Positions 1 through 8,850 of a stretch of 64,000 bases of DNA are shown piece by piece (position 1 is the stretch's first letter; every line of letters begins with the position of its first letter). Position numbers and translations under genes: made by a program. Source of the DNA: an uncultured Anaerolineales bacterium (GTDB lineage: Bacteria > Chloroflexota > Anaerolineae > Anaerolineales > UBA11858); NCBI GenBank assembly GCA_964621835.1, contig CAZUMA010000002.1:28392-92391 (forward strand), read 5' to 3'. Below the pieces are notes generated by a model. It was not told where the DNA came from, did not search any database, and was given only the letters and a program-made list of their open reading frames with translations.

Positions 1-2627
1 GTATCGGCAATATAAACGGATCCATCGGGTCCCAGGTCGATTCCCCAGGGCTCACTGAAGGTTGCCTGGGGTGCGGTGCCATCCCCCTGGCTTTCCCCGC
101 TGAAACTTCCCCAGCTTTCCAGGATGGTCCCGGATGGGTCCACGTGGAGCACCTGATGGTTGCCAGTATTCAAGATATACAGGCTGCTGTCTGGCGCGAC
201 GACCAGATTCCGGGGTGTGGTGAGGTTGAGGGATTCCAGGATCCGGTCCGGGGATACGTTCAGGTCTTTGCCAGCATATGGATCCGCTTCGATTTCTTCG
301 ATTTCCAGATCCGGTGTTCCGTACGTCCAAACCTTGTTGGCAATGTCCTTCCGGACGTATAGCTTCATCTGGTCAGCAGGGCTCCAGGATGCCAGGGAGA
401 AGCTTTTTCCTGTGACCTCGCCGTATTTGGAGTAATCCCGGTTCAGCCAGATCTGAAATATCGCTGCCCTCATCTCTGAGCTCCCCAGGGCATTGCGAAT
501 TCTGTCCCAGGTCAGATTGAAATAATCTTGATTTGGCCAGACGATCCGATTGTAGGTAAACTCGTAATATGCATTCCCAACCACGGGCTCCAGTTTGCTG
601 TAGTTATTGTTCCCCACCAGGATGACCGGGGCTGTGCGCAGATCCCGGGTCGGGCTCTCTGCATAATAACGCTGGTTTTCATAATCTCTCAAGTACCACC
701 AAAACGGGTAGGTGCTTTCATTATCAAAAGCAACCTCCAGCGCCAGGCCATCCGTCGTCCGATAAGAAATTTCTTCAATTTGAGCCAGGGCTTCTTTGAT
801 TCCCCGACCACCATGGGCGTAGACAAGGTATTCTTCCGGACTATCATACTTGATGAAGGATGCCATGAAACTTGTGTGAACTGTCAGCGCGCTTAACACA
901 ACCAGACCGGTGAGCACAAAGGCAATCAGGATCTGACCAAGGTCCCATTTTAACAGCAAAATCAGCAGCCAGATCCCACTGAGGAGGAAGATGAAAACAG
1001 AGGAAAGGAAGCTGCCGGTTGCCCGCAGCTGGAATAACTGCTGTCCCTGGAAGGCGCGGGTCGGGGACAAGAGGGACCCCACTGCTGAGAATAAGCTGGT
1101 CAGGAGGATCAGCAACAGGATCATCACCAACCAGCCGTTTTTCCTCTTGAAAGCCCTGCCGTCAAACCTTTTCATGAGCTGCTGGAAACCCCAGGCAGTG
1201 AGCAGAATCAAGGGAAAGGCGATGTGAACTGTCAGCCAGGGCATTTTTTCCCCGGCAATTGGATAGGCAACCAGGCTGGTGATGGCCCAGAATGCCAGCA
1301 GGGAGAAGACCGGGGCGCGGTCCTGTTTTTTCTCCGGGAGATGGATCCCCACCCCGGTTGAGAACCAGTCAAGCACAGACTGGATTGCCCCAACAATTAA
1401 TGTGATCAGGCCTCCCAGGGCGGGTAGATACTCATAAATCGGCAGCTGGATGAGCCAGTAATAATACCAGGGCTGGCTGCCTCTTTCTACGCCATGCTGA
1501 TCTAACCAGTATCCCAGGGATCCGACCATGCCGGTGAAAAACCCGGAGCCATTTGTAAAGACTGTGGTGTAGAAAATGGTAAAAGGCAGGTAAAATATCG
1601 CAGCACAAATCAACCAAACCCTGGCATTCCAGGCCAGTCCCACGGCAACCGCAATCACCGTCAAACCAAGCAGAAACAAGCCTGTCCTGATCATCCCGGG
1701 ATTGCTGTAATCGAGAGGATCAAAACCAGCCCATTCAATCGGGAACGCTGCCAGCTGGGGCAGCACGAGTGTACCCAGCAACAACAAGGCACTGAAGGAA
1801 GGCAGCTGCTTGAGGTTGTCCCATCCATAGCCAATGATCGCTATCAGCAAGGCGGCGGCAAGGGAGACAGCGACAAGGACCATTGGTACCATCAGCTGCA
1901 GCGGCATCCCGGTAGTCTGTCCAAGCTCCTCCGGCATTTCAGGGATTGTAGATTGAATGATGAAAACTGCCCCGAGCAAGAGGACTGACACAATCAGGGC
2001 AATGACGAAAAAGTTCTGATAGGAGTTGTTCCAGGAAGCTTTGGAGAGATCTGCAATAAACACCAATCCTAAAAAGACCATTGCCTGGGCGGTGTAGATG
2101 AAGGCGGTTTCCTTGGCTGTAAAATGCAGCATGGTCGCCGCAGTCAGCCAGTACAGAAAGCGGGGAGATTTGGTTTCCAGGTACCGGAGGATTGACCAGA
2201 TCGTCACCACACCAAATAACGCTACAAATGCTTCATTGCGGACATACCGCCCGTAATACAGCATAAAGGGGGAGATCAAGGTCATAAACGCTGCTGCCAG
2301 GGTTCCCCAACTGCCCAGATAGCGGCGGTATTTCCAGAGAAAAAGAATCGTCGCCAGACTTGTAATCGCGGCTGGGATTCTTGCCGTGTAATCATTATCC
2401 CCAAACAGGAAATAAACCAGTGCCAGAAAGTGAAATTGAAACGGCCCATGGGTAATCGGGTCATGGCTGTAGCCCATGCCTTTAAATAACCGCCATGCAT
2501 AATAAACATGGGAGGTTTCATCATGGCTGATAACCCTGGCGCCAAGGTCATAAAACCTGGAGATTATTGCCAGGAGGATGATCACGGCAAATAGGATCAC
2601 CTCCCAGGAGGGCTTGAAGTCTGCCAA
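1..2627 (-). CDS. Large polytopic GT-C/PMT_2-like membrane protein (TIGR03663-like) with C-terminal NHL-type repeats; partial, 3-prime end beyond window
   Basis: Absent from the ORF track because no stop lies inside the window. My reverse-complement translation is open from 2720 down to position 2 in one phase: ...ADFKPSWEVILFAVIILLAIISRFYDLGARVISHDETSHVYYAW..., many TM helices, then ...NHQVLHVDPSGTILESWG...FSEPWGIDLGPDGSVYIAD (NHL-like). Start uncertain (TTG 2627, GTG 2600 or 2585). ATG 2677 is in another phase and stops after 26 codons. Confidence 0.75.
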   Translation of the reverse strand, partial: MADFKPSWEVILFAVIILLAIISRFYDLGARVISHDETSHVYYAWRLFKGMGYSHDPITHGPFQFHFLALVYFLFGDNDYTARIPAAITSLATILFLWKYRRYLGSWGTLAAAFMTLISPFMLYYGRYVRNEAFVALFGVVTIWSILRYLETKSPRFLYWLTAATMLHFTAKETAFIYTAQAMVFLGLVFIADLSKASWNNSYQNFFVIALIVSVLLLGAVFIIQSTIPEMPEELGQTTGMPLQLMVPMVLVAVSLAAALLIAIIGYGWDNLKQLPSFSALLLLGTLVLPQLAAFPIEWAGFDPLDYSNPGMIRTGLFLLGLTVIAVAVGLAWNARVWLICAAIFYLPFTIFYTTVFTNGSGFFTGMVGSLGYWLDQHGVERGSQPWYYYWLIQLPIYEYLPALGGLITLIVGAIQSVLDWFSTGVGIHLPEKKQDRAPVFSLLAFWAITSLVAYPIAGEKMPWLTVHIAFPLILLTAWGFQQLMKRFDGRAFKRKNGWLVMILLLILLTSLFSAVGSLLSPTRAFQGQQLFQLRATGSFLSSVFIFLLSGIWLLILLLKWDLGQILIAFVLTGLVVLSALTVHTSFMASFIKYDSPEEYLVYAHGGRGIKEALAQIEEISYRTTDGLALEVAFDNESTYPFWWYLRDYENQRYYAESPTRDLRTAPVILVGNNNYSKLEPVVGNAYYEFTYNRIVWPNQDYFNLTWDRIRNALGSSEMRAAIFQIWLNRDYSKYGEVTGKSFSLASWSPADQMKLYVRKDIANKVWTYGTPDLEIEEIEADPYAGKDLNVSPDRILESLNLTTPRNLVVAPDSSLYILNTGNHQVLHVDPSGTILESWGSFSGESQGDGTAPQATFSEPWGIDLGPDGSVYIAD

Positions 2628-2689
2628 AGGGCTTTTACTGAGCCAGTTTTGAGGGGGTGATTGGCTTTGGTTTTCCATAAATTACTCTC

Positions 2690-3406
2690 TTAGTGGCTGT
2701 TCTGTTTTAGGTTGGTTACTTCAGTCAGGGATAAAGGACGCCATTTGCCTGGTTCTAAATCTCCCAGTTGCAGGCTGCCGATTCGTACGCGAATCAACCG
2801 CAGCACCGTCAGCCGGGTGGCTTCTGCCATCTGGCGCAGCTGCCGGTTTTTACCTTCCCGGAGAATTACCCCCATCCAGGTTCCCTGCGGATCCCGCTCC
2901 TTGATCCAGACCTCTGCCGGGAGGGTTTTTTCCCCGCTTTTGAGGAGGATGCCCCTCCGCCAGGCGTTCAGCTGCTGCTGCTCGGGATGTTCTTTCACCA
3001 GCACCCGGTACTCTTTCTGATGTTCATACCGGGGATGGGTGAGGCGGTTTGTCAGCTTGCCGTCATTGGTCATTAACACCAGGCCCTCGCTCTCATAGTC
3101 CAACCGTCCTACCGGGTACAAACGGCCCGGAATTGGGATCAGGTCCCGTACGGTTGTTCGCTTCCCTGGGGTCTTAACGGTAGATAACACTCCTACAGGC
3201 TTGTACAAGGCAACATACTTAAGGGATTCTGGTTTGCGGATTGGAGACCCGTCCACGGTAATCTCGTCAGCAGCCGGGTCCGCTTTTCCTCCCAGAACAG
3301 CAGTCACGCCATTGACCTGAACACGACCGGCTGAGATGATCTCTTCACAGCTTCTTCGGGACCCATAGCCAGACCGAGCAAGGATTTTTTGCAGCCTAGT
3401 TTTCAT
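2690..3406 (-). CDS. rluB: Pseudouridine synthase, RsuA/RluB family with S4 domain
   Basis: ORF 2690-3430. S4-like KTRLQKILARSGYGSRRSCEEII and core GRLDYESEGLVLMTNDG. ATG 3406 preferred over GTG 3430. Lies directly downstream of scpB. Confidence 0.8.
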   Translation of the reverse strand: MKTRLQKILARSGYGSRRSCEEIISAGRVQVNGVTAVLGGKADPAADEITVDGSPIRKPESLKYVALYKPVGVLSTVKTPGKRTTVRDLIPIPGRLYPVGRLDYESEGLVLMTNDGKLTNRLTHPRYEHQKEYRVLVKEHPEQQQLNAWRRGILLKSGEKTLPAEVWIKERDPQGTWMGVILREGKNRQLRQMAEATRLTVLRLIRVRIGSLQLGDLEPGKWRPLSLTEVTNLKQNSH

Positions 3407-3429
3407 AAGCAGGTAAAACCAGGAATTCA

Positions 3430-4008
3430 CTATCCTTTGAGGACCTCAGGGACTGCCTGATGTTGATGGTCTTCGATATCCAGCGGCGGTAGTTCCTCAT
3501 AAGAAGTCAGTCCAAAATACTTTAAAAACTCGTTCGTCGTATGGTACAGGATGGGCCGACCGGGGCTTTCTGCCCTGCCGACCTCCTCGATCAAGCCCTT
3601 GCTGATCAGGGTTTTCAGCACCCCATCGCTGTTGACTCCGCGGACTGCATCCACCTGGGGTCGGGTGACCGGCTGCTGATAAGCGATAATCGACAGGGTC
3701 TCAAGGGCAGCCTGGGATAGGGACGAGGTGGACTCCAAATCCAGGAAAGTTTCAATGAGAGGAGCTGTTTCCGGGGCAGATACCAACTGGACTTTGCCAT
3801 CATGATGCTGAAGGCGAATCCCCCGATGCTGATAGTGCGCCGCCAGGTCATCCAGGCCTTTTTTTACTGCCCAGGGGGATTCCCCGAGGATGGTGCTGAT
3901 TTGATACGGGCTGATGGGCTCCGGGGCGACAAAAAGAATAGCTTCAATTTGTGCGGAGAGTGCCAGTGCTTCTTTTTGTCCGGATTCCGAGAATTGCTCT
4001 TCTACCAT
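3430..4008 (-). CDS. scpB: Segregation and condensation protein B
   Basis: ORF 3430-4035. SAQIEAILFVAPEPISPYQISTIL and LETLSIIAYQQPVTRPQVDAVRGV are typical ScpB winged-helix segments. ATG 4008 (MVEEQF) preferred. Confidence 0.85.
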   Translation of the reverse strand: MVEEQFSESGQKEALALSAQIEAILFVAPEPISPYQISTILGESPWAVKKGLDDLAAHYQHRGIRLQHHDGKVQLVSAPETAPLIETFLDLESTSSLSQAALETLSIIAYQQPVTRPQVDAVRGVNSDGVLKTLISKGLIEEVGRAESPGRPILYHTTNEFLKYFGLTSYEELPPLDIEDHQHQAVPEVLKG

Positions 4009-4016
4009 GCTATAAT
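4008..4016 (+). promoter_or_regulatory. Extended -10 element TGcTATAAT upstream of the 4030 gene
   Basis: TG 4008-4009 and TATAAT 4011-4016, only 13 nt before ATG 4030, implying a very short leader. No convincing -35. Confidence 0.35.
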
Positions 4017-4029
4017 CTTGAGTTAGAAT

Positions 4030-5706
4030 ATGCAAACTGCTGAAACTAAGTTACCAGTAAAAAACGGGTTGTTTTCATCACCTGAGATGAGATTATACCA
4101 TTTTCTGTTGCTGCCGATCGCTGCGGTTGTGCTGTTGGGCTTCACGGTTTCCTGCGCCCCAACCCAGGAGGCCCTCCCGGCAGAGCAAATCACCATTGAA
4201 GTGGAAGCAGATGGCAGCCAGATCCGGGTAACCCTTCCTGCGGGAGGGACAGTGGATCAAGTTTTAGAACTGGCAGATCTTTCCCTGGAGGGGAAAGATC
4301 GTGTGGAACCCCGGGGGAGCACGGAGCTTATCGAGGACACCCGGGTGCAGGTGATTCGGGTTGAAGAAATCTTTGAAACCACCGAGGAAGTGATTCCCTA
4401 TCAGGTGATCCGGCAGCCGACCGAGACTCTGCCGACCGGGCAGGAGCAGCTGCTGCAAGCGGGAAAAAATGGCTTGAAAGAAGTAGTGTTTGTTCGCGTG
4501 CTCGAGAATGGGGAAGAAGTGGCTTATCGGGAAGTGAACAGCGTGGTGGTCGAGGAAGCGGTCGACGAGATGGTGCTGGTGGGTGTCCGGTCAGCCAGCT
4601 CCCCGATTGGGATCCCAGGAAGACTGGCCTATATCTCTAATGGCAATGCCTGGATGATGGAAGGATCAACCGCGAACCGCACCCTGTTGACCTCCACTGG
4701 CGATCTGGATGGCAGGGTCTTCAGCCTCTCTCCGGATGGGAATTGGCTGCTGTTTTCCCGTTCGGATGAGGATGAGGAGATCATCAATACGCTCTGGGTG
4801 GTGAAAGCTGACCCGCAGAACCAGATTCTAATCGATCTGAAAGTACAAAATGTGATTCATTTTGCAGATTGGGTTCCGGACGATGAACAGTCTGTGGCCT
4901 TCTCCACGGTTGAGCCCCGGATGTCAGCCCCGGGCTGGCAGGCAAATAATGATCTGGTTGTCAGAAAATTCAGTGAGAGCGGTTGGTCGGTCGTGTCCTA
5001 CGAAGTGCTGGAACCCGGGTATGTGGGAGTCTACGGATGGTGGGGAACCGAGTTCAGGTATTCACCAGAAGGAGAGTACGTTGCCTATGCCAGTCCCGAT
5101 CAAGTAGGGATCATTGATGTGGAGACCGGGGACATGCAGCCCTACATCAAAATGCCACCTTTCCGGACCACGGGGGATTGGGCTTGGATGTCCGGTCTGG
5201 GCGTTGGCCCCCTGGGGAATACGATTTATGCGGTTGACCACGTTCCTCCCGAAGGACAGGAAGGTACTCTGGCCGCGGAGGAATCGCAGCAGTTTGATCT
5301 CATCGCCATTTCAAAGCCCACCGGGGTATTTCAGCGAATTTTGACCGATGTAGGGATGTTCGCATACCCGCTTCCCTCCCCCATGTTTGCCAAACCCTCA
5401 GGGGAGGCCTCCTTTGAAGTGGCATACCTGCAGGCGGTTTTTCCAGAGCAAAGCGCAACAAGTAATTACAGGGTCTCGATTGTGGACCGGGATGGCTCCA
5501 ATCCCCGGGTGATCTTCCCCCCACCCGATCAGGCGGGCATGCAGCCACAGCGCGGCTGGGGAGCCTGGGCGCCGGAACCGATCCAGGACCGGATCAAAGT
5601 GCCGCTGGCTGTTTTATATGAGGGAAACATCTGGATTTTAGATTTGGAAACGGGAGAATCCTGGCAGGTCACCGGAGACGGTCGGGTGCAGCGCCTGGAT
5701 TGGTAG
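4030..5706 (+). CDS. Membrane-anchored DUF348-G5 domain protein with C-terminal TolB/PD40-like beta-propeller
   Basis: N-terminal TM (LYHFLLLPIAAVVLLGF). DUF348-like ITIEVEADGSQIRVTLPAGGTVDQVL. G5-like EVIPYQVIRQPTETLPTGQEQLLQAGKNGLKEVVF. Propeller-blade motifs LSPDGNWLLFSR and YSPEGEYVAYAS. Confidence 0.8.
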   Translation: MQTAETKLPVKNGLFSSPEMRLYHFLLLPIAAVVLLGFTVSCAPTQEALPAEQITIEVEADGSQIRVTLPAGGTVDQVLELADLSLEGKDRVEPRGSTELIEDTRVQVIRVEEIFETTEEVIPYQVIRQPTETLPTGQEQLLQAGKNGLKEVVFVRVLENGEEVAYREVNSVVVEEAVDEMVLVGVRSASSPIGIPGRLAYISNGNAWMMEGSTANRTLLTSTGDLDGRVFSLSPDGNWLLFSRSDEDEEIINTLWVVKADPQNQILIDLKVQNVIHFADWVPDDEQSVAFSTVEPRMSAPGWQANNDLVVRKFSESGWSVVSYEVLEPGYVGVYGWWGTEFRYSPEGEYVAYASPDQVGIIDVETGDMQPYIKMPPFRTTGDWAWMSGLGVGPLGNTIYAVDHVPPEGQEGTLAAEESQQFDLIAISKPTGVFQRILTDVGMFAYPLPSPMFAKPSGEASFEVAYLQAVFPEQSATSNYRVSIVDRDGSNPRVIFPPPDQAGMQPQRGWGAWAPEPIQDRIKVPLAVLYEGNIWILDLETGESWQVTGDGRVQRLDW

Positions 5707-5766
5707 GAGGATGCCCACAGGAGTCCTCGAGTTGAACTTGTCCTCTGGAATTATTCAGGAGTAAGA

Positions 5767-6723
5767 ATGAGAATCCTTGTCACCGGTGCTGCCGGGTTTT
5801 TAGGATCGCATTTATGCGACCGCTTGCTGGGGGAGGGACATCAGGTAATCGGGATGGATAATTTCATTACCGGTCGTCCTGAAAACCTCCATCATCTGCA
5901 GGATCAGGAGCGTTTTGAGTTTGTGGAGCACGATGTCTCCAAGTTTATTAAAGTTCCCGAGGAAGGGGTTGATGCCGTGCTGCATTTCGCCTCGCCGGCC
6001 AGCCCGAATCCACATTCCCCGTACGGTTATGTCAATCTGCCCATCCAGACCATGAAAGCGGGTGCGCTGGGAACGCTGAACTCGCTTGGGGTTGCCCGAA
6101 CCTACCAGGCCCGCTTTATGCTGGCTTCTACCAGCGAAATTTATGGGGATCCTGAGATCCATCCCCAACCAGAGGATTACTGGGGTCATGTCAATCCAAT
6201 CGGGGAACGATCTGTTTATGATGAGGCCAAGCGATTCGCGGAAGCCCTCACCCTGGCCTACCACCGCTACCACGGGATCGACACCCGGATCGTGAGAATA
6301 TTTAATACCTATGGACCGCGCATGCGTTTGGATGATGGGCGGGTGGTTCCCAATTTTATCAAACAGGCCCTTCATCAAGAGCCGCTGACGATCTATGGGG
6401 ATGGGACTCAAACACGCAGTTTTTGCTATGTGGATGACTTGATTGAGGGGATCTATCGCCTGCTCCTTTCGGAGGAACACCGTCCGGTCAATCTCGGCAA
6501 CCCTTCGGAAATCAGCATCCTTGATCTTGCCGAGGTTGTCAATGAGCTTTTTGAAAACCCTGCGGAAATCACCATTTTTCCAGAAAAGCGTGGGGAAGGG
6601 GACCCGCAGCGCCGGCGTCCAGATATCAGTCGGGCCCGGAATGTGTTGAATTGGGAGCCGGAGATTAACCTGGAGGAGGGCTTGTTAAAGACACTCCCCT
6701 ATTTTAAGGATCACCTGGAGTGA
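5767..6723 (+). CDS. UDP-glucuronate decarboxylase (UDP-xylose synthase), SDR family
   Basis: [20 protein letters not shown] Rossmann motif, STSEIYG, YDEAKR (YxxxK). Overall UXS-like. Confidence 0.85.
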   Translation: MRILVTGAAGFLGSHLCDRLLGEGHQVIGMDNFITGRPENLHHLQDQERFEFVEHDVSKFIKVPEEGVDAVLHFASPASPNPHSPYGYVNLPIQTMKAGALGTLNSLGVARTYQARFMLASTSEIYGDPEIHPQPEDYWGHVNPIGERSVYDEAKRFAEALTLAYHRYHGIDTRIVRIFNTYGPRMRLDDGRVVPNFIKQALHQEPLTIYGDGTQTRSFCYVDDLIEGIYRLLLSEEHRPVNLGNPSEISILDLAEVVNELFENPAEITIFPEKRGEGDPQRRRPDISRARNVLNWEPEINLEEGLLKTLPYFKDHLE

Positions 6724-6727
6724 GGCG

Positions 6728-7198
6728 ATGAAGGTCAGCAATATCGTCACCAATCCAAAAGAGCGGGAGCGGTTTGTCAAATTCTGTGCGGTGGGTGCCT
6801 TCGGGGCCTTGGTTGATTTTGGATCGTTTCACCTTTTCCTCAGCGTGCTGAGAATCCCGGCGGTCGTCGCCCAGGCGCTGTCATTTTCAGCGGCAGTTAC
6901 CAGCAACTTTCTCTGGAACCGGTTCTGGACCTATCCTGATTCTCGGTCAAAACCTGTGGTCTCGCAAGTGGTGACTTTTTTTGTTGTGAATGTCATCGGA
7001 TTGGCGATCCGGACCCCTATCTTTTCCGGCTTGGAACCCCCTCTCAGAAGCCTCTTTTCAGAGATTTCTTTCCTCCCGATTGGTTTTGTGACCGCTGATC
7101 GCTTGGGATACACCATTGCCCTGGGGGTGGCTGTTGTGGTGGTGATGTTTTGGAATTTTTTCATCAACCGGGTCTGGACATATAACGACGTTGATTGA
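6728..7198 (+). CDS. GtrA family membrane protein
   Basis: Four predicted TM segments. FVKFCAVGAFGALVDFGSFHL and FWNFFINRVWTY are typical GtrA. Starts 4 nt after the UXS stop. Confidence 0.8.
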   Translation: MKVSNIVTNPKERERFVKFCAVGAFGALVDFGSFHLFLSVLRIPAVVAQALSFSAAVTSNFLWNRFWTYPDSRSKPVVSQVVTFFVVNVIGLAIRTPIFSGLEPPLRSLFSEISFLPIGFVTADRLGYTIALGVAVVVVMFWNFFINRVWTYNDVD

Positions 7199-7635
7199 GG
7201 ATATCCTCCAAAAACCGGGGGACAGAGCGTGCGGAGGGGGAAGTCCAACATCAGGCCTGACTGCTGGATCTCTGCTGGGGGTTTTGACGGAGGGTCTCCT
7301 TTTTGGGGTATGTTTTTCAACAAAGCCGGTGAGCAGCCAGCTCTGAGCGGGAGCGTCCCGGGATGCCAGGGTTTCTCTTGATCTTCCAGGGGGTGGAATT
7401 CGCCCCGATCTCAGGATCTGATCTGGATTGTGGAACCAGTTCAGATGGTGGGAATTCCCTGGAATCAGGCTGCAGTGATTGGGTTTGGAGCGCTGCCTAT
7501 CCTGTTTCAGCAGGGCTGGCAGACTAGAAACTGATTGGGGGGAGAAATCTGCTGGGGTTGAAGCAAAAATCTCTTTGATGGAAAGCCATGTATAATGGTA
7601 TGAAAGGACTGCAGCAGATAGGATGAGGTTGTGGC

Positions 7636-8850
7636 ATGGAGAACAAGCAGGAATTGGCCATCGGCAAGGATGAACCTGAACTGATCACCAAGGTGGGCTC
7701 TCTGCAGGAGCTGCTTGAGAAAGCCTCTGGCGTCAAAGCATTGGTGGAGCACGAGGGCGAGGATGCGGGATTGGCGGAGAATATCCCTTTCCCGTTTCTG
7801 GCCCTGGTCGGGCAGCAGGAAATGAAATTGGCCCTGCTGCTTTCCCTGTTGAATCCCAACCTTGGCGGGGTGCTGCTGATCGGTCCCCGGGGAACTGGAA
7901 AAACGACTGCCGTTCGCAGTTTGGTGGACCTGCTCCCGCAGGTCAGACGCAGCCTCTGCTATTATGGCTGTCTTGAGGAGGATGTCGAGAACGGGGGGAT
8001 TGATGCGGTTTGTCCGGATTGCGCAAAAAAATACGGGGAGGGAGATCCGCTTTCGAAGTTTGAAAAGGTCCGTTTAATCGAGCTGCCGCTCAATGCCACT
8101 CTGGAAGATGTTGTCGGTGGGCTCGATCCCCGGGCCAAAGCCAATTCTCGGATGCGGCTCAAACGGGGAATTCTATCTCGGGCAGACCGTAATTTGCTCT
8201 ATGTGGATGAGGTCAATCTCCTCAATGACCAGGTGGTGGACGCGATCCTTGATGCAGCAGCGCAGGGACAATACACCGTCCGGCGGGGAGCGATGTCAGC
8301 TACCTATCGGTCTCAATTCACGCTGATTGGGTCCATGAACCCGGAAGAAGGGCATCTCCGCCCCCAGATTATGGATCGTTTTGGTCTGCGTGTGCTGGTC
8401 AAAGGGTTGGATGAGAAAGAAGACCGGCTGGAGGCCTACCGCCGAACCCGGGCTTTTTTGGAAAACCGGCGGTCTTTCACCGCTCAATATGAGCAGGCGA
8501 CTGGTCTCTTTCAAGAGGAAATCCAGGCGGGGCGGGAGGCGCTTAAGAAAGTCGTCCTGCCTGAGGAAATCGCTCGCATGGGACTTGACCTGATTGAGCA
8601 CCTGGAGCTGGATTCCCTCCGGGCTGAGATTACCCTCTTTGAGGCTGCCCGGGCTCATGCAGTGGCCGATGGACATTTCGAGGTTCAGGCAGGAGATCTT
8701 CGTGCGGTCGCTGCCATGTCCTTGAGATTGAGAAGATCTCAGTTTATCGAGCAGTACCTGGCAGATCAGCACAGTGAGGCCAAGGTGCTTGACCAGGCCC
8801 TTGAGGAGTATGTCCAGGACCCTGCCCATGAGATTGGAGCAGTGGATTGA
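7636..8850 (+). CDS. ChlI/BchI-like AAA+ ATPase (Mg-chelatase subunit I family) with Cys4 insertion
   Basis: FPFLALVGQQEMKLALLLSLLNP, Walker A GPRGTGKTT, Walker B LLYVDEVNLL, GSMNPEEGHLRPQIMDRFG. Insertion CYYGC...CPDC. Confidence 0.8.
   Translation: MENKQELAIGKDEPELITKVGSLQELLEKASGVKALVEHEGEDAGLAENIPFPFLALVGQQEMKLALLLSLLNPNLGGVLLIGPRGTGKTTAVRSLVDLLPQVRRSLCYYGCLEEDVENGGIDAVCPDCAKKYGEGDPLSKFEKVRLIELPLNATLEDVVGGLDPRAKANSRMRLKRGILSRADRNLLYVDEVNLLNDQVVDAILDAAAQGQYTVRRGAMSATYRSQFTLIGSMNPEEGHLRPQIMDRFGLRVLVKGLDEKEDRLEAYRRTRAFLENRRSFTAQYEQATGLFQEEIQAGREALKKVVLPEEIARMGLDLIEHLELDSLRAEITLFEAARAHAVADGHFEVQAGDLRAVAAMSLRLRRSQFIEQYLADQHSEAKVLDQALEEYVQDPAHEIGAVD

Noticed and set aside
2628-2677. ATG at 2677 as the start of the large minus-strand membrane protein.
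   Set aside because: Base-by-base reverse complement shows this ATG is in a different phase. It reads MENQSQSPPQNWPVKALWQTSSPPGR and hits TGA at 2597-2599. The long ORF phase has only TTG 2627 or GTG 2600/2585 as starts.
5812-6480. Long antisense shadow ORFs. Examples are 5812-6480 (-), 8296-8829 (-), 13841-14497 (+), 21744-22286 (+), 25391-26206 (-), 50632-51135 (-), 57508-58110 (+) and 61338-61943 (+).
   Set aside because: Each lies entirely inside a well-supported gene on the opposite strand. They have low-complexity Arg/Pro/Ser/Gly-rich translations typical of antisense frames.
7380-7470. Cobalamin riboswitch upstream of the chelatase-like ATPase (GGTGGGAATTCC resembles part of the B12 element).
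   Set aside because: There is no B12 box (GCCACTG-like) or other core elements. The resemblance is limited to a few nucleotides.
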